The notes beneath the pieces were generated by a model. That model was not told where the DNA came from, did not search any database, and saw nothing but the letters and a program-made list of their open reading frames with translations. Positions 21,885-34,700 of a stretch of DNA of 64,000 bases are shown here, piece after piece. The translations under genes were made by a program, and so were the position numbers. Positions within the stretch are counted from its first letter, which is position 1, and the number at the start of each line of letters is the position of its first letter. Location: positions 38,068,001-38,132,000 of the forward strand of contig NC_134471.1 of NCBI RefSeq assembly GCF_964194025.1, in the 5' to 3' direction. This DNA is from Convolutriloba macropyga. Lineage: Eukaryota.

Positions 21885-23370
21885 TGGGATAAGTTATAAA
21901 AACAACATAAATATAAAGGGATTGTACTGTTTGAACATGTAACCACAAACTCCAACACTTTTGTAACCAAGTCATCAAGGTCCATTGTCACTACTGTCCA
22001 TCGACAAACACCACCTCTGAACTGACACACATTCAGCTATAATCACACATTGTCATTGATAAAACAAAGTCAAATAACAAACATTCAAAATAACAAATAA
22101 AATATCCCAACAGGATATACTAATACAAATGGGTATTGATTGTAGCCCTTGAACCAATCACCAATGAATGGAAATAGGTAATTTCATATAAACAAATAAC
22201 AAATAAACAATACAATCAAAACACACACGGGTTTTATTTTTGATGTTCACAGGCTTGGAACTGGAATAGACGTTAAGAGACTGTCGATATTAAACAATAA
22301 ACAATGAAATCAAAATAACAAATTCAAACAAAATTGAAATCAAAATCACAAACAAGTTCAAATAACAATATCCTCTGTAAAACGTATGAGGATTCACGGA
22401 ATGGGATAGACATTTTGTGGATGCCAATATTATGACAAATGAAATTCATATAAAACATTTATGAAAATAACATCAAAAGAACAAGTAATAAACAGACAAA
22501 TAATAATAACGTAAAAGTTAACAAACAGATAAAAAAAATATAGACAAAAGTTAACACGGGGAAACACAATGTGGAAGCTAAAAATAAAGAAAAACAAATA
22601 ATTATAAACGGTAAAAAATAGTAACTTCCTTTTTTCAATAACTTCCTCCATTTAGGTAACTTCCTATTTCACGAACAGATAACTAAACAGAACGACTAAA
22701 AGATGTATAACAATTCAATAAGCGTAACAATGTAATACGCGTAACGCTCCAATACGTGTTACAATCCAGTAACGTGTAATAATCCAGCGTATTTTAACCA
22801 GGGCATTTCTAACAAGTGAGCAACGGCAGGACAGCACAATACCTAAAACACAAGAAATTTAGTTCACATCGATTACTCATCGGTCATACGACCTCTGGCT
22901 CATAACACTAACCAAACAACCTCTAACGCGTAACATCAGTCAAACGCCCTTCGGCTAAATAGACATCTCAACTACATAGACATTTCTGCTAAATAGACAA
23001 TTAGGCTAAATGGAAATTCCACAGTGAAATTTTACCTGAATTATACGTCGCTATCCACCTACGTCATACGAATAAAACGGACGTTAAAAACATGCTATCA
23101 TTAGCAGGAAAAAGACCTCATTAGCATCCTCATTATAGAAAATATAAAGATTACCAAAGGTAACAAGGACCATAATAAAGGGAAGAAACAAACAAATCGA
23201 TATTTTCATCAGTAAGATAAGGGGAGGAATGAACAATTTACAGGGACTTACCGTTCCCTTGCAGACGCAATTAGTAACAAACATTGGGATAAGTTATAAA
23301 AACAACATATATATAAAGGGATTGTACTGTTTGAACATGTAACCACAAACTCCAACACTTTTGTAACCAA
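21885..23370. repeat. Two copies of an ~86-bp direct repeat (21885-21970 and 23285-23370)
   Basis: TGGGATAAGTTATAAAAACAACATA...CCAACACTTTTGTAACCAA, one mismatch seen. Confidence 0.85.
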
Positions 23371-24505
23371 ACCAATTAACATATTCAACGCCATGAACGT
23401 AATGGAGATTACCATGATAGATCTACAAAGATCATTTCGCAGTAGAAGTAAACACGTCATCTTCACACCACTTCAATCATACACATAAAAACGTTCGACA
23501 TGACGTCGATACAAAACAACTAATTAACAGTTGCAGTTTGCAAACCAACCATCTACTTGACATTTGCACCATTTGCACCAAATACCACATTGGTAGTTCA
23601 TTAACGATATACACCAACGACGTCACCATCCACTTCAACTATCTACATCAATTATACCATTGATTAAAAACATACTTGATGTTATATGTTGATAAGTGAC
23701 AAAAACAACAAAGTAACTAATTACTACCTTTAACATACCAAGACAAAAGTACGTCACACTACCATCAAACATACCAATTACATACCAATTACATACCAAC
23801 ATACCAATTACAAGGGAAAAACAATCATAACAACAAAGCTGAAGTAACTTCAGAAAGAATCTTATAATTCGAAAACTCAGAATTCAAAAGTCTAATTAGA
23901 CCCAGTAAATTAGTAAAATTGGCAACTTCAAGAAACAAGAAAAGAACACGGAAGGTATGCAAATGCCAAGAATATTATAGAGGCAACAGACAGTTGAGTT
24001 AAAAATCAAAACTCCGATTTTGTCTCGTAAAAATCACAACCTCAGCTATATTTGAAAAATCTGAAAATTTCAGTTAAACTGATACACAAAAACACAAATT
24101 CAAATGTTCAGTGAGAAAAAATTTCTAACTTCTACTCAAAACTTCATTTTCTGAATTCACAAACTCAAATACAAACAAAACTTCATTTTTATTTCAATTC
24201 TAAAGTCAAAACCTCATCTCATTTCCCCAGCCAAAAAATAATACTGCAATTCTCCAATTTCATACTCTCTCAATCTAGATAAACTAATTTGAGAAACCTC
24301 GAAATCTTTATTGAGAAATTAAAACTAAGAGAATATATCTTCTTCAATTAACTGTTTTATCATCAAAATTTCAGCCAAAAACGATTCAACAGTACCGGGT
24401 AATCTGAATTATTTTAATTTCATTTCTGACAGACTAACCCATCATTACAGTAAACATTGTATTGAACAACCACCTATGCTATCGGTGTAAGAATTTATAA
24501 AATCG

Positions 24506-24889
24506 TTGAATAGAAATCAACTTTGCAAAAAAATAATTGTTCAAATAGACGATTATATTGAACTTGAATATCCACCAGATTGTCATATCCATTTCGACGA
24601 CGACAGTATTAAACTCACAAACTGTACAATCTTACCTAAAAACTATCTACTTCTAATAGAAGGAGAAACAGAAACTGGACAAGAAGTAAAACTCTTTTGG
24701 GAAGAAAAACATTTTGAAATACTAAAGAACACGACAACGTGTACTGAAACAATTACAGAATTCGAAAAAAAACTAAAACAACAAATTAGCACAGACAAGT
24801 GTGTCAATATAAACAAATTACACACAGTTTTTCTCGTAGTTTGCAAAAAAGACGCTGTAACATTGTCAGACGACAAGTTGGAAAACTAA
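24506..24889 (+). pseudogene. Y accessory ORF remnant, unknown function
   Basis: 127-codon sense-strand frame with protein-like composition; no recognisable motif. Confidence 0.35.
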
Positions 24890-25814
24890 ATAAGTAATGA
24901 TACCTATCTTTGTTATCGTTGTATATCATTAACATAAAATAAAGACACTATTGAAACTATCATATTTTCATAGTGCGACACCGTTACGTGTCAGTTACAG
25001 TAGCAAATAACTGTCACTCTTCAGTGAAGCATTATAAATCATTGCCATTAGATAAAGTTTAACACTACACTAAAAAATACTAAAATGAACATCAGAAAAC
25101 AAAAAAAACAGTTTCAACGATTGATTTTCATAGCGCACTAATAGCAACGTATTTATTATTATCTAAAATAATATTTTTCTTAACTATCTTTCTCGTACCG
25201 TGTAAAGTAGTTATTTCAACATATCTAGCTGTAGTAACAATATACGAAGTTATTAGAAACCGTAGAGTCATCGATGCCAGTCCACCGGTTCAATAATAAA
25301 ACCAATGCATGACGTACGTTCTGATATATTACATTTATGCAAGTCTAATTTAGATATAATAGAACTGGAAATCTTTATATTTATTAAAATTCAACAATAA
25401 TTTATTTCTTCTTACGCATGTGTTTACTGTTAATAGAATATTTTATAAATCCATAAAAATTGATCCTTTACCAGATATAGAAGAATCAATATAATATACA
25501 CTACACTCACAAAAGTTTTTATCTACAAATAAGATTTCCTGAAAATTCACCATTATACGGCAACATTATAATTTATCAATTACAACTCAGACTTGAAAAT
25601 AACGAAATTTGGGTACAAAATCTAGGAGCACAAACACAACAACCAGAACAAGAATTAGCAGCTCTAATACTCCTCTCACCACCATTCGTCCAAGTCCCAC
25701 CACGCGGATCTGGCTCAGAAGCTTAAAAAATAATTTGCAAAAATTGCGTCGTCTAACAATAGTCAGCGTAACAATAATAATCAAGAAACACCACATCATA
25801 GCGAAGTTACATAT

Positions 25815-26914
25815 TTGACAAATATACCAACTTTACCAGAAATTGATGATAATCCCGGAAACGAAAATCCATATACCGTACGGCGAGACCGCCCGGAAAG
25901 AAGAGATCTCTTAAGAGCACGACGTCGATCTTCGCTATCATTCCCAACACAAGATTCAACACTCGTTTCATATGGTTCAACAGATATAGAATCTAACATA
26001 ATAAGACCTATAGAAGCAGGAACCTCAGAACCACCAAGTAGAACAGGAACACCAACACTTCACAAATTTAGTTTAAGTTCACCAAACGATCATTTTGGTA
26101 ATAGTAACATCCAAACACCCACACAATCTGAATTGAGGGCAAACTCATTTCTACCACCTACATTCCAACAACGACAAGATTTTAATTTTGTTCAAGAACA
26201 TTTTCGAGAACAGCCATTACACTCACCTAATAGTTCCCTTTGTCAGCAACCACAATCCGTAAGTGGTAATACAAAACCACAAAGATCAAATCAAACATTC
26301 TCATCGAATACCTCTGTAAGCGTACCACACGTTGAACTAACAAATTCCCTACAGCCACCAAGAAGTACATAATGAGAAGTACAGCTTTATCCCCCTACAC
26401 AACACATTGAGAAGTACAGTTTTATCCCCATCATCCTTTATACCAGAAATAAGATTACCATCAAGCCATCCTGGTAGAACAAGATCAACACCAATAGTTA
26501 ACCCTAACCCACCTACTAAAAGTAGGATTAATGAACACACATATCTCTTCGCATTAGATCATAAAACTTGGAATCCACCTTCACCGTTATACGGACCCAC
26601 TAATCTTGGTGATACACTTACTAATTGGTCAAGAAGTAGACTTACAAATACTTTAAATCTTACGTAACGCAGCGCTTAACGTTTTAGCAAAACAATCTCT
26701 CCAACTTAAATTTAACACAACAATTAAATACGACACCCTCTTTAATCACCCGTTCCAGGCAACTACACCATCAATAGTAACAACCACACTTCCAGCACCG
26801 TTCATCTGCATTGACTTTATATACAAATTTGACAGATATACAAAACAAAGGTTAGCATTTGCAACATTCTACAATCCACACACTGGTCTGTCATACACAT
26901 GTCGATTCAACTAA
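25815..26914 (+). pseudogene. Y accessory ORF remnant A (S/P/T-rich N-terminus + small globular C-terminus)
   Basis: ORFs 25815-26372 and 26407-26667 plus a shifted frame (RNAALNVLAKQSLQLKF...GLSYTCRFN) appear to be one broken gene. Confidence 0.45.
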
Positions 26915-27243
26915 AAGCTATTATTTTCATATTATTTTTAATAATAATATATATTTACATGCAAATAGAAGCAAAAATACAATTACAACAAAGACTAAAA
27001 TATGATGCTAGACAACGCATTAAAGATCGTATAAATGAAAGTATGGGGAAAAAATCCAACAATTTCAAAACAAAAACAAAACAAAAAAAGATAAAAGTAA
27101 TTTCCATACGATTGACCAACAAAAATACAAGAACCTTCGACACCATGTATTTAACAATAATATTAAAGTTAACACTAATTCGCAACAATTCAATTATACT
27201 AAAATTGAAGAACTCGATTACTTTAAAAACAGTCCATCGGTAA

Positions 27244-30141
27244 ATGGACACGAAATTGGAACTTCTACAGAGAACGATTAACAGACAGTATATTAGAAAA
27301 ATTTGGCATGAACAATAAAAGACAAAAGCGACAAACAAACATAGACTTTGTAGAACTAAAAGGACAGAATATCAACGGCTCCGCAACAGGACCACAAGAA
27401 ATTTTCATTGAACACTACAATTGTGATGCAGAAGAAATAACTAATGTTAAATATTATGAATTAAACAAAATAAGCACATGTAAATTCAAACCCCTAGATT
27501 TAGATATGACAAAAACTGAAGTACAACTATTATCAAAAGTACAAGCGGTAGAAATAAAAGCACACGCTGTTGCAGGAACAATTAAAGAACGCGTAGAATG
27601 GTGTTCACGACACACCGATTATATTCGAGCTAACAGACCAAATTACTATGTCTCAGATGCACAAAGAATAAAAATGCTAGACGCAGATGAAGTTCGTAAC
27701 GAACTCGCTAGAATAAACCTTCTTAAAAACACAAGATACAAACCAACACGATATAACATTTCATTCAATTACATAGCTAACCCACCACTTCAGAAAAGGA
27801 TCGAAGATATGCAAGGCAGAATACAATTCGGCCTTGATACTCCTATGGTACCATCATATGGACGAATAGTTTATAACTATACAAACCCAATGTGGATACC
27901 AAACGCAATTAAAAATGCACAATCACACTGCATGAAAGGACCAAGAAAACAGAATAGAGTAGACATACTAGATTGCACATTAGAAATACGAGAAGTATCA
28001 CTCATACTAAACTTAGATACTGAAGAAATATCATATATGGGAACAAAATTACCATGCGACCTCCACAAAGGAGAATGTCTACCAACACTTTTCACAAAAA
28101 CAACAATAGTTTGGGAACCACAAACACATTGTCAATTATTTGAACTTATTAGGTTTGATGCATTTATGGCAAAATGCCAAGACAGATATTGGATAGAAAC
28201 AAATGCCGAATGGACAACAGTTCAACAACATGATAAAACACAGATAAAATGAACAAAACAGACACTATAGCCACACGATTTAAAATCTATCCAATAGTCG
28301 AACACGAATGCGGTTCACTTCACCCAATACACAAAACAGAAAACGACGATATTTACATAATATAGGAATACGGATTCAATATGCATACAGGACAAAAAGT
28401 AACAAGGAAAAAAGAAAAATTCGAGGAAGAAAAATTTATACGGATCAAACCAAAACAAATAACATCCCAACATATACGATATGAAGACGAGGAAAACAAG
28501 CAATACTACTATGATTTGTAAACCAAAACACACACATAACCATGAAAATGGACCTTTACATGAGTAATATTCGAGAGTAATTCTACAAGCAATAGAATTT
28601 TACTCAAAAAATTGTGAACAAACCAGTAACATTCGACAATTAACATTGACACAAGTACAAAAGAACACACCACTCTTAGGATACATCCTCAATGGAGATA
28701 GATCAATCTTTTTTAAACAGGAAGGAGTAAATGTAATGAAAATGTACAAATGCTCGAAAAAATCATCATCTTTATATGTACCACAAACCCGAGAACGTTA
28801 TGATAAAATACCAATACTGTATAAGAACAGAGTACAATATGTACATCAACTTACAAGACAAACATATTTATGGGCAAAAAAAGTCTCCTGTTCACATAGC
28901 AACTTGGGTCAACTAATCTCAATAGATACTGAAGGAGCAGCACGATATAGAGTAACACCCTATCCTGTAAAAGTAGAAACAATATTGAACACAATATCAC
29001 CTGAAGAAATAGTAGTTGATAACATGTTTAGTAAAGAATGTTTAAAAGAAAGTGGTATATACAGTAAAGAACAACTAATTCAAGAACGAGATATATGAGA
29101 GATCGGGAAAACCATTACAAGAAGCAACATCAGCAAACTTACAAAAACTACTAGAACTTGAACAATTAGGACTACTACAAGCTTATAAAAACTACGAACA
29201 ATCACTGAAATGGTTAAGAGACCTGGACATAAATGGATATAACTTCCAAATTGAACAACCCAGTGTTAACTGGAAAGAAATCTTTGACGGAGCATGACTT
29301 AAAAAAAAATATTAACTATCTTTGGTTGGCCATGGTACGTTTTAGAAAAAATGGCATTCATTTACGCAATGATAAGCATGATACTATTTGTCACAGAAAT
29401 TTTATTTTAAAATTTTACAACGTTTTTGCAATACTTAAAGCAATTGGCAAACAAGCCAGTATAACATAAATACTCCTTACAGGAATATTTGGATTCGTTT
29501 CTCAAACACTAAAACAACTAGTAACTCAAATACATGAAGAAACTAATAGCCACGACAGCGATTAAAATTATACACACTATGGAAATCACAAACCAAAAAA
29601 GAAACATACGTTTCGCAGACATTCCACAGACATAACACATACAACAGACTATGCTCATAACGATAAACTTGCAAAAATTTATGTGGATACAAGCTACAAA
29701 CACCATAACACAACAATTCGTAGAACAGATAAAGGACTACAATTAAGAACAACAAATTCACCTCCGAAGAAACAAAAAACACCATTACCAGATAGAAAAT
29801 ATAAGCAAGTTCCATTAAGAATAGAACCATTGGAAACAATATTAGAACAAAAAATACAAACATTACCACCCCAACTTATTACTCCACCTCCTGCATATCA
29901 ATGCTTGGGAAATAATGTATCATTCCCAAATACACCCATCACTCACAACACACCCCTTCCCAGCGCGTCTAACATACAACAGCAACAAACTACATCATTT
30001 CAGACACACTTATACGAACAACCACACAATATAAACCAGCCAACATCTTATGAAATAACACAACCATCTAATAAATCTACAAATAAACAACATCTGAACC
30101 CAACAGTAAAACGACTGGATATACAAAATCCCCCACAATAG
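27244..30141 (+). pseudogene. env: Y env remnant, class III (chuvirus-G/gB-like) glycoprotein with long Pro-rich tail; may start at the hydrophobic ORF at 26899
   Basis: RQKR furin-type site, then EHYNC..C...VQLLSK..WC; KLPCDLHKGEC...TIVWEP..C; CEQT..RQL...GYIL..G...MYKC...YDKIPI...YVHQLTRQ.....C. Hydrophobic TM segment at about 29350-29510 and PPPAY in the tail. Frameshifted. Confidence 0.75.
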
Positions 30142-30755
30142 GTTTTGACCAATTAAAAATAACGGCTAACAAAATGCAAAACCGCAGCCATAGTTTAGAC
30201 ATACTAAAAAATGATGATCAACCACATACGAATGAAGTAACATATTTTAAAAATCATTCGGTGGATACATACGAGGTTTAACAAGAACCACGTAGTACAT
30301 GAACAACTAACAGTATACAATTTATGTACAACACATTCCTTCAATGTTGATAGATTTTTCCTAACCCTCCTTTTATGAACCCTTCTTCTCACTTTGTAAT
30401 TTTCATTTTAATAACCAACAATCTTTTTCATCTTATTCATTTTATTAACACATGTAGTTGTCACATAGATCATATAACAATAACAATATACATGTATATT
30501 TCATAACGACACACTAACCGTTGAATGATGGTCAGCGAATACCTATTCAAATTGATACAATATCTTCATAGTAATGATAGTAACAGGAAGATTTTAACCA
30601 ATACGTAACAGTTCGCTTCAACAAATACGTAACAGGAAAATTTTAATAGGAAATAGTCATAACGACTCCAAATAACAATCAAATAATAACAAACATAATA
30701 TTCGTGCCATATGTAATAATCCAAAACATGTACTAAACAGTAACAATTTTAGCAA

Positions 30756-32393
30756 ATGACTTCCAGAATGGACTACGAAAACAAATCACTTTACAAGACA
30801 GACTCTCCACTAAGCTATGATGTGGAGGAAGGCGAGCTCAGCCCTGGCCCAGGGACAATCCGCGACAACGCATCCGATTGTAGTACACAAACGGATGAAA
30901 ATTTTGAGCACCCACAAGATCGAGTAACAACTATGCGAATAGAAGTGGAAAACGCGACATCTGCACAACAGAGGCAGACTAACCAACGTACACCACAAGA
31001 GATAGCGAACCACATCTCAGAACACATTGGTAAGAAGCGACAGTCGGATACTCGACAAAATCTAGATGCGTTTCATAACAGAACAAATGAACAACGTACA
31101 AACACTAATTTACATAGTTACTAGAACAGTAGGCCGAGTAACAATACTACGAATGGAACATACATCTCTCCTCCTTTGCCAAATTATCCACCACCAGTAC
31201 GACCACCACCACTTGATAGTTACATTACCACAACAAACAGAATACAGAACAGTGCCCACCAAAGTTGGACAGCAACGAACCCACATCACATTAGACCGAA
31301 CAACCTCCGGTTTCCGTACGCAGTTACACCTAGGAGTAACAATAGGAAATCGTTGTTTCACCAATCGACCAATGAGCAAACCCCTACAACAACTGTAATG
31401 GAAACAATTTGGTTCCAAGAAAAGGACCCGAGAACTCTTAACAATCCACACAACAGTAATTATAATCCATTACTATCGTACCGTAACTGGTCTGAAATGC
31501 CATTCGATTCACGAGATTATAATTTCGTAATAACACCATTACATAACTTAAAAGATCGTGTCTCGGAATACTTCCCGCCTCTACCATCAGAGAATACTAA
31601 CACTGTAAAACGTAGTACAAAGAATATGGTGAGAGATAAACTACATCAGTCAACATATCCGATCTTAAAACAATTCTATGGCCTAACAGAACGTTTCATG
31701 TATGATTACGACTACGAATTACAGTTACCAGTAATTTTTAATTTTGACTATCTTGTCGCCAAGGCATCCCAAGACCTTTCGGTTTTCAGTGTGTGCGAAC
31801 AGCAAATTGTTCAACTAAGCTTTAACTTTTTACATCCAACACCGAATGATGTACAAAACAACAATTATCGGGTACACGAAACAAAGTTGACACACAACTT
31901 GATATACTATACGTTCCTACGTGATAAGAGCATTAACACTACTAAAAGTTACATACATTTTAACGATCAATTAACCTTACCGTATTTCTTAAACTACGGA
32001 TATAAGCTAAAATGGGACTATACTATCGGGACTTTACGTAATTTTGACCCTATTAAGAACTATTACATCTTTCAACCTAAGAAAGCACCGGAACGACCAC
32101 TAATTGTACCAATCGAAGCGCTTGAACCATGTGAGGAATATCACACTTACCACTTAGAAGGCAGCGTAACGAATAAAGCCTTTAGTAATAGGATACAATT
32201 TAATAACGAACGAAAAATAACGGAAACTGAAAAAGAGATACGGAATACAGTCAAGGCGTCATTAACTGGAATACCAATTGACGAAATAACTAAACTCCTC
32301 GCACATTTTCTTTCAGAAGATGATCAATTTCTTAAGGAATACAAGCATTATAGGGACAGAACAAATCATCCCAAACAAACGGACAAATTGTAA
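30756..32393 (+). pseudogene. Y accessory ORF B downstream of env (~545 aa, one frameshift near 31120-31176), unknown function
   Basis: ATG-initiated 122-aa frame followed by a 405-codon open frame. Disordered N-terminus and aromatic-rich globular C-terminus. Confidence 0.6.
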
Positions 32394-34281
32394 TGACACA
32401 CAGTGAGAACAAGTAACAATGTCGAAATTCGAACTTTGTAGATTGAATAAATCTAAACAATTATTGTCCAACTATGAATCCCTCTCTGTATGTGTTTTAC
32501 CCTTTTTGCAGTAACAACCTGTACTTCTTTTGTTTGAACAGACTATTTGGTATATTTATAAACTATTTGTCTAAATAACCATTATTTAAATTTGTACAAA
32601 CCTCTACATTTGTACCATCCTCTACAATTGTACCCCAGTTTATATCCCTTATAACTATTGATAGTTATAGAAATTGGTTATAACAATTGATGTGTAATAA
32701 ACTTCAGATAGAACTTAATTTTTTACTTTTCTAAAAATCTACCTATCCTACTCTTAGCTGATAGAACTATAAATGTACAAATGCAAAGATTTTCCATAGT
32801 TAGATATATGCAATTTTGTAAATAAAGAAAACACCAAAAATAACTTGTACTTTGTAGTATGAACAATAGGAATAAATACAAACAAGCGTAACAAATGTAA
32901 TGTACACAAAACAGTGTATAATAACACACTATAGGTTGTATGTAACAGACATGCACAATAAGTTCAACACATACCGTGTACATCGTTATTCAATAGGTTG
33001 AGTCATGACATGACAATTCTACCAATTTCAGCAATTCTACCAATTTACTCTGTAATACTAGCTTAATATCTAGTATTAAAAATAACAACATGTATGAAAA
33101 GTACTTCATAACCACATCTGAAAAAACTAAATAACAAAATATTAATAATTTCTAATAAACCGAAACATAGGTATATTCCAAATTCGAAAATTTCAAATCA
33201 CAAAATTTTGACGAATTCATAAACCAGTTTATTACCATATAGACTGATTCAAGACAATACCCATTAGAACATTATTTCTATACATGTAACTAATAACATG
33301 AAACTATCGCATGTATAACCGTGCATCCTTCTATAGTAACAACTAACAACAGTACATCTACTAACAACTAATATGATATAATTCCTAAAGGAATTATTAT
33401 TACCAAAGGAATTATTTGGAAGATTGAATATCATTGTGTCGTATCAGGCGTATCTTTAAAAAATAAAGCGCGTAGACGGATAACTTACTAAATTTATCCA
33501 TGATGAAATACTCGCTAATGGAAATAAGGCATTTGGACATTTTTGGACATACCCATTACAAACCTATAAACGAGATCTGTAACTTTTACTAAATTTACAG
33601 ATATGAAAAACGCGATCAATAACAGTGAACATTAATCATAACAACTATCAAATCCAAACCCTGTAGAAATATGACAAAGCAATTCGTCAGAATTAATTGC
33701 ATCAGAATAACTCCTGGTTACGGGAGACATCAAAAGTAATAATACATGTTCATCTTCAGTAACAAAATCTAACATGGCCAAAACAGTCACATGTCACTAT
33801 ATTTCTCGTTATTCTTGACAAACTATCTAACTACTCTCGATTGTTCCACCGAATTCCATAAAACACTACGACCAAATGATTTTAAATTTTCTTTCCAACC
33901 GGAAGGGATACTACATATAACAGAAAAAATCGCAATACCTAACATGATATAGAGAAAAATTTTAAACATTAAACAAATAACACAAACAAATCAGGTAAGT
34001 CTGGTAAGTCGCCAGACATCAGGAGCGCCTACAACATCAACACTGGGTCTATCCGAAAGGATCTTCACCCACTGGACGTGAAACTGGAATAGATACTTTT
34101 GTGTTTGTTGATGTTCTCTCCTTGCTCTTTGGGCAACTTGTGTCTGGGAATCAAACTGCTCACGAACGAATTACAAAGCAACACATTTGAAAAGAAAAGA
34201 AAATCCTTCAGAGAGAATAAAGAGAAATTGACTTATTGTACTAATCAGAAAACTTTCAAAAAACTCGAAACCCCGGAAAGA

Positions 34282-34700
34282 TGGAGTCAATGTTGACTTC
34301 CAACAAAAGACTTGAAGACTTTATTTATTTAAAAAAAAATAAAGACTGAAACACTCAACCCTGATCGGTTAAAAAAGGAAAAATACATTTCCTTAAATGT
34401 TTATCTGTTTTCCCTTCAGAACCGTTTAGTCGACCCTGTTAGTCGGTACTAGTCAAAGACCTGATATAGTAATAAAGTATATTTCTCTCTCTCCTCCGCT
34501 CTTGTTTAGTATTGAGATATACGTTAGACTTTAGCATTGGGGCCCGTGCACTGTCTACTGAAGCTCAGAAAGAAGAGTAACAGACTAGAGATCTAGAACT
34601 TTAGTTAGTCAGGTAAGCTTTAAGAGTATCCTATATTCTTGAGACAACCATAAGACAGTTCCAGAAGTAGCCTATAAAAAGGTAAGCTCAGAACACGTCT
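34282..34700 (+). repeat. 3' LTR (R-U5 part) of element Y
   Basis: Reverse complement of about 1237-1656; AATAAA at 34471; no PBS follows. Confidence 0.8.

Larger units (their letters stand above)
18716..34700 (+). mobile_element. Element Y: 3' 16 kb of a giant, decayed env-bearing Gypsy LTR retroelement with several accessory ORFs
   Basis: Pol remnant, env remnant and extra ORFs all lie on the same A-rich strand and end in an LTR homologous to 1234-1656. Confidence 0.75.
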
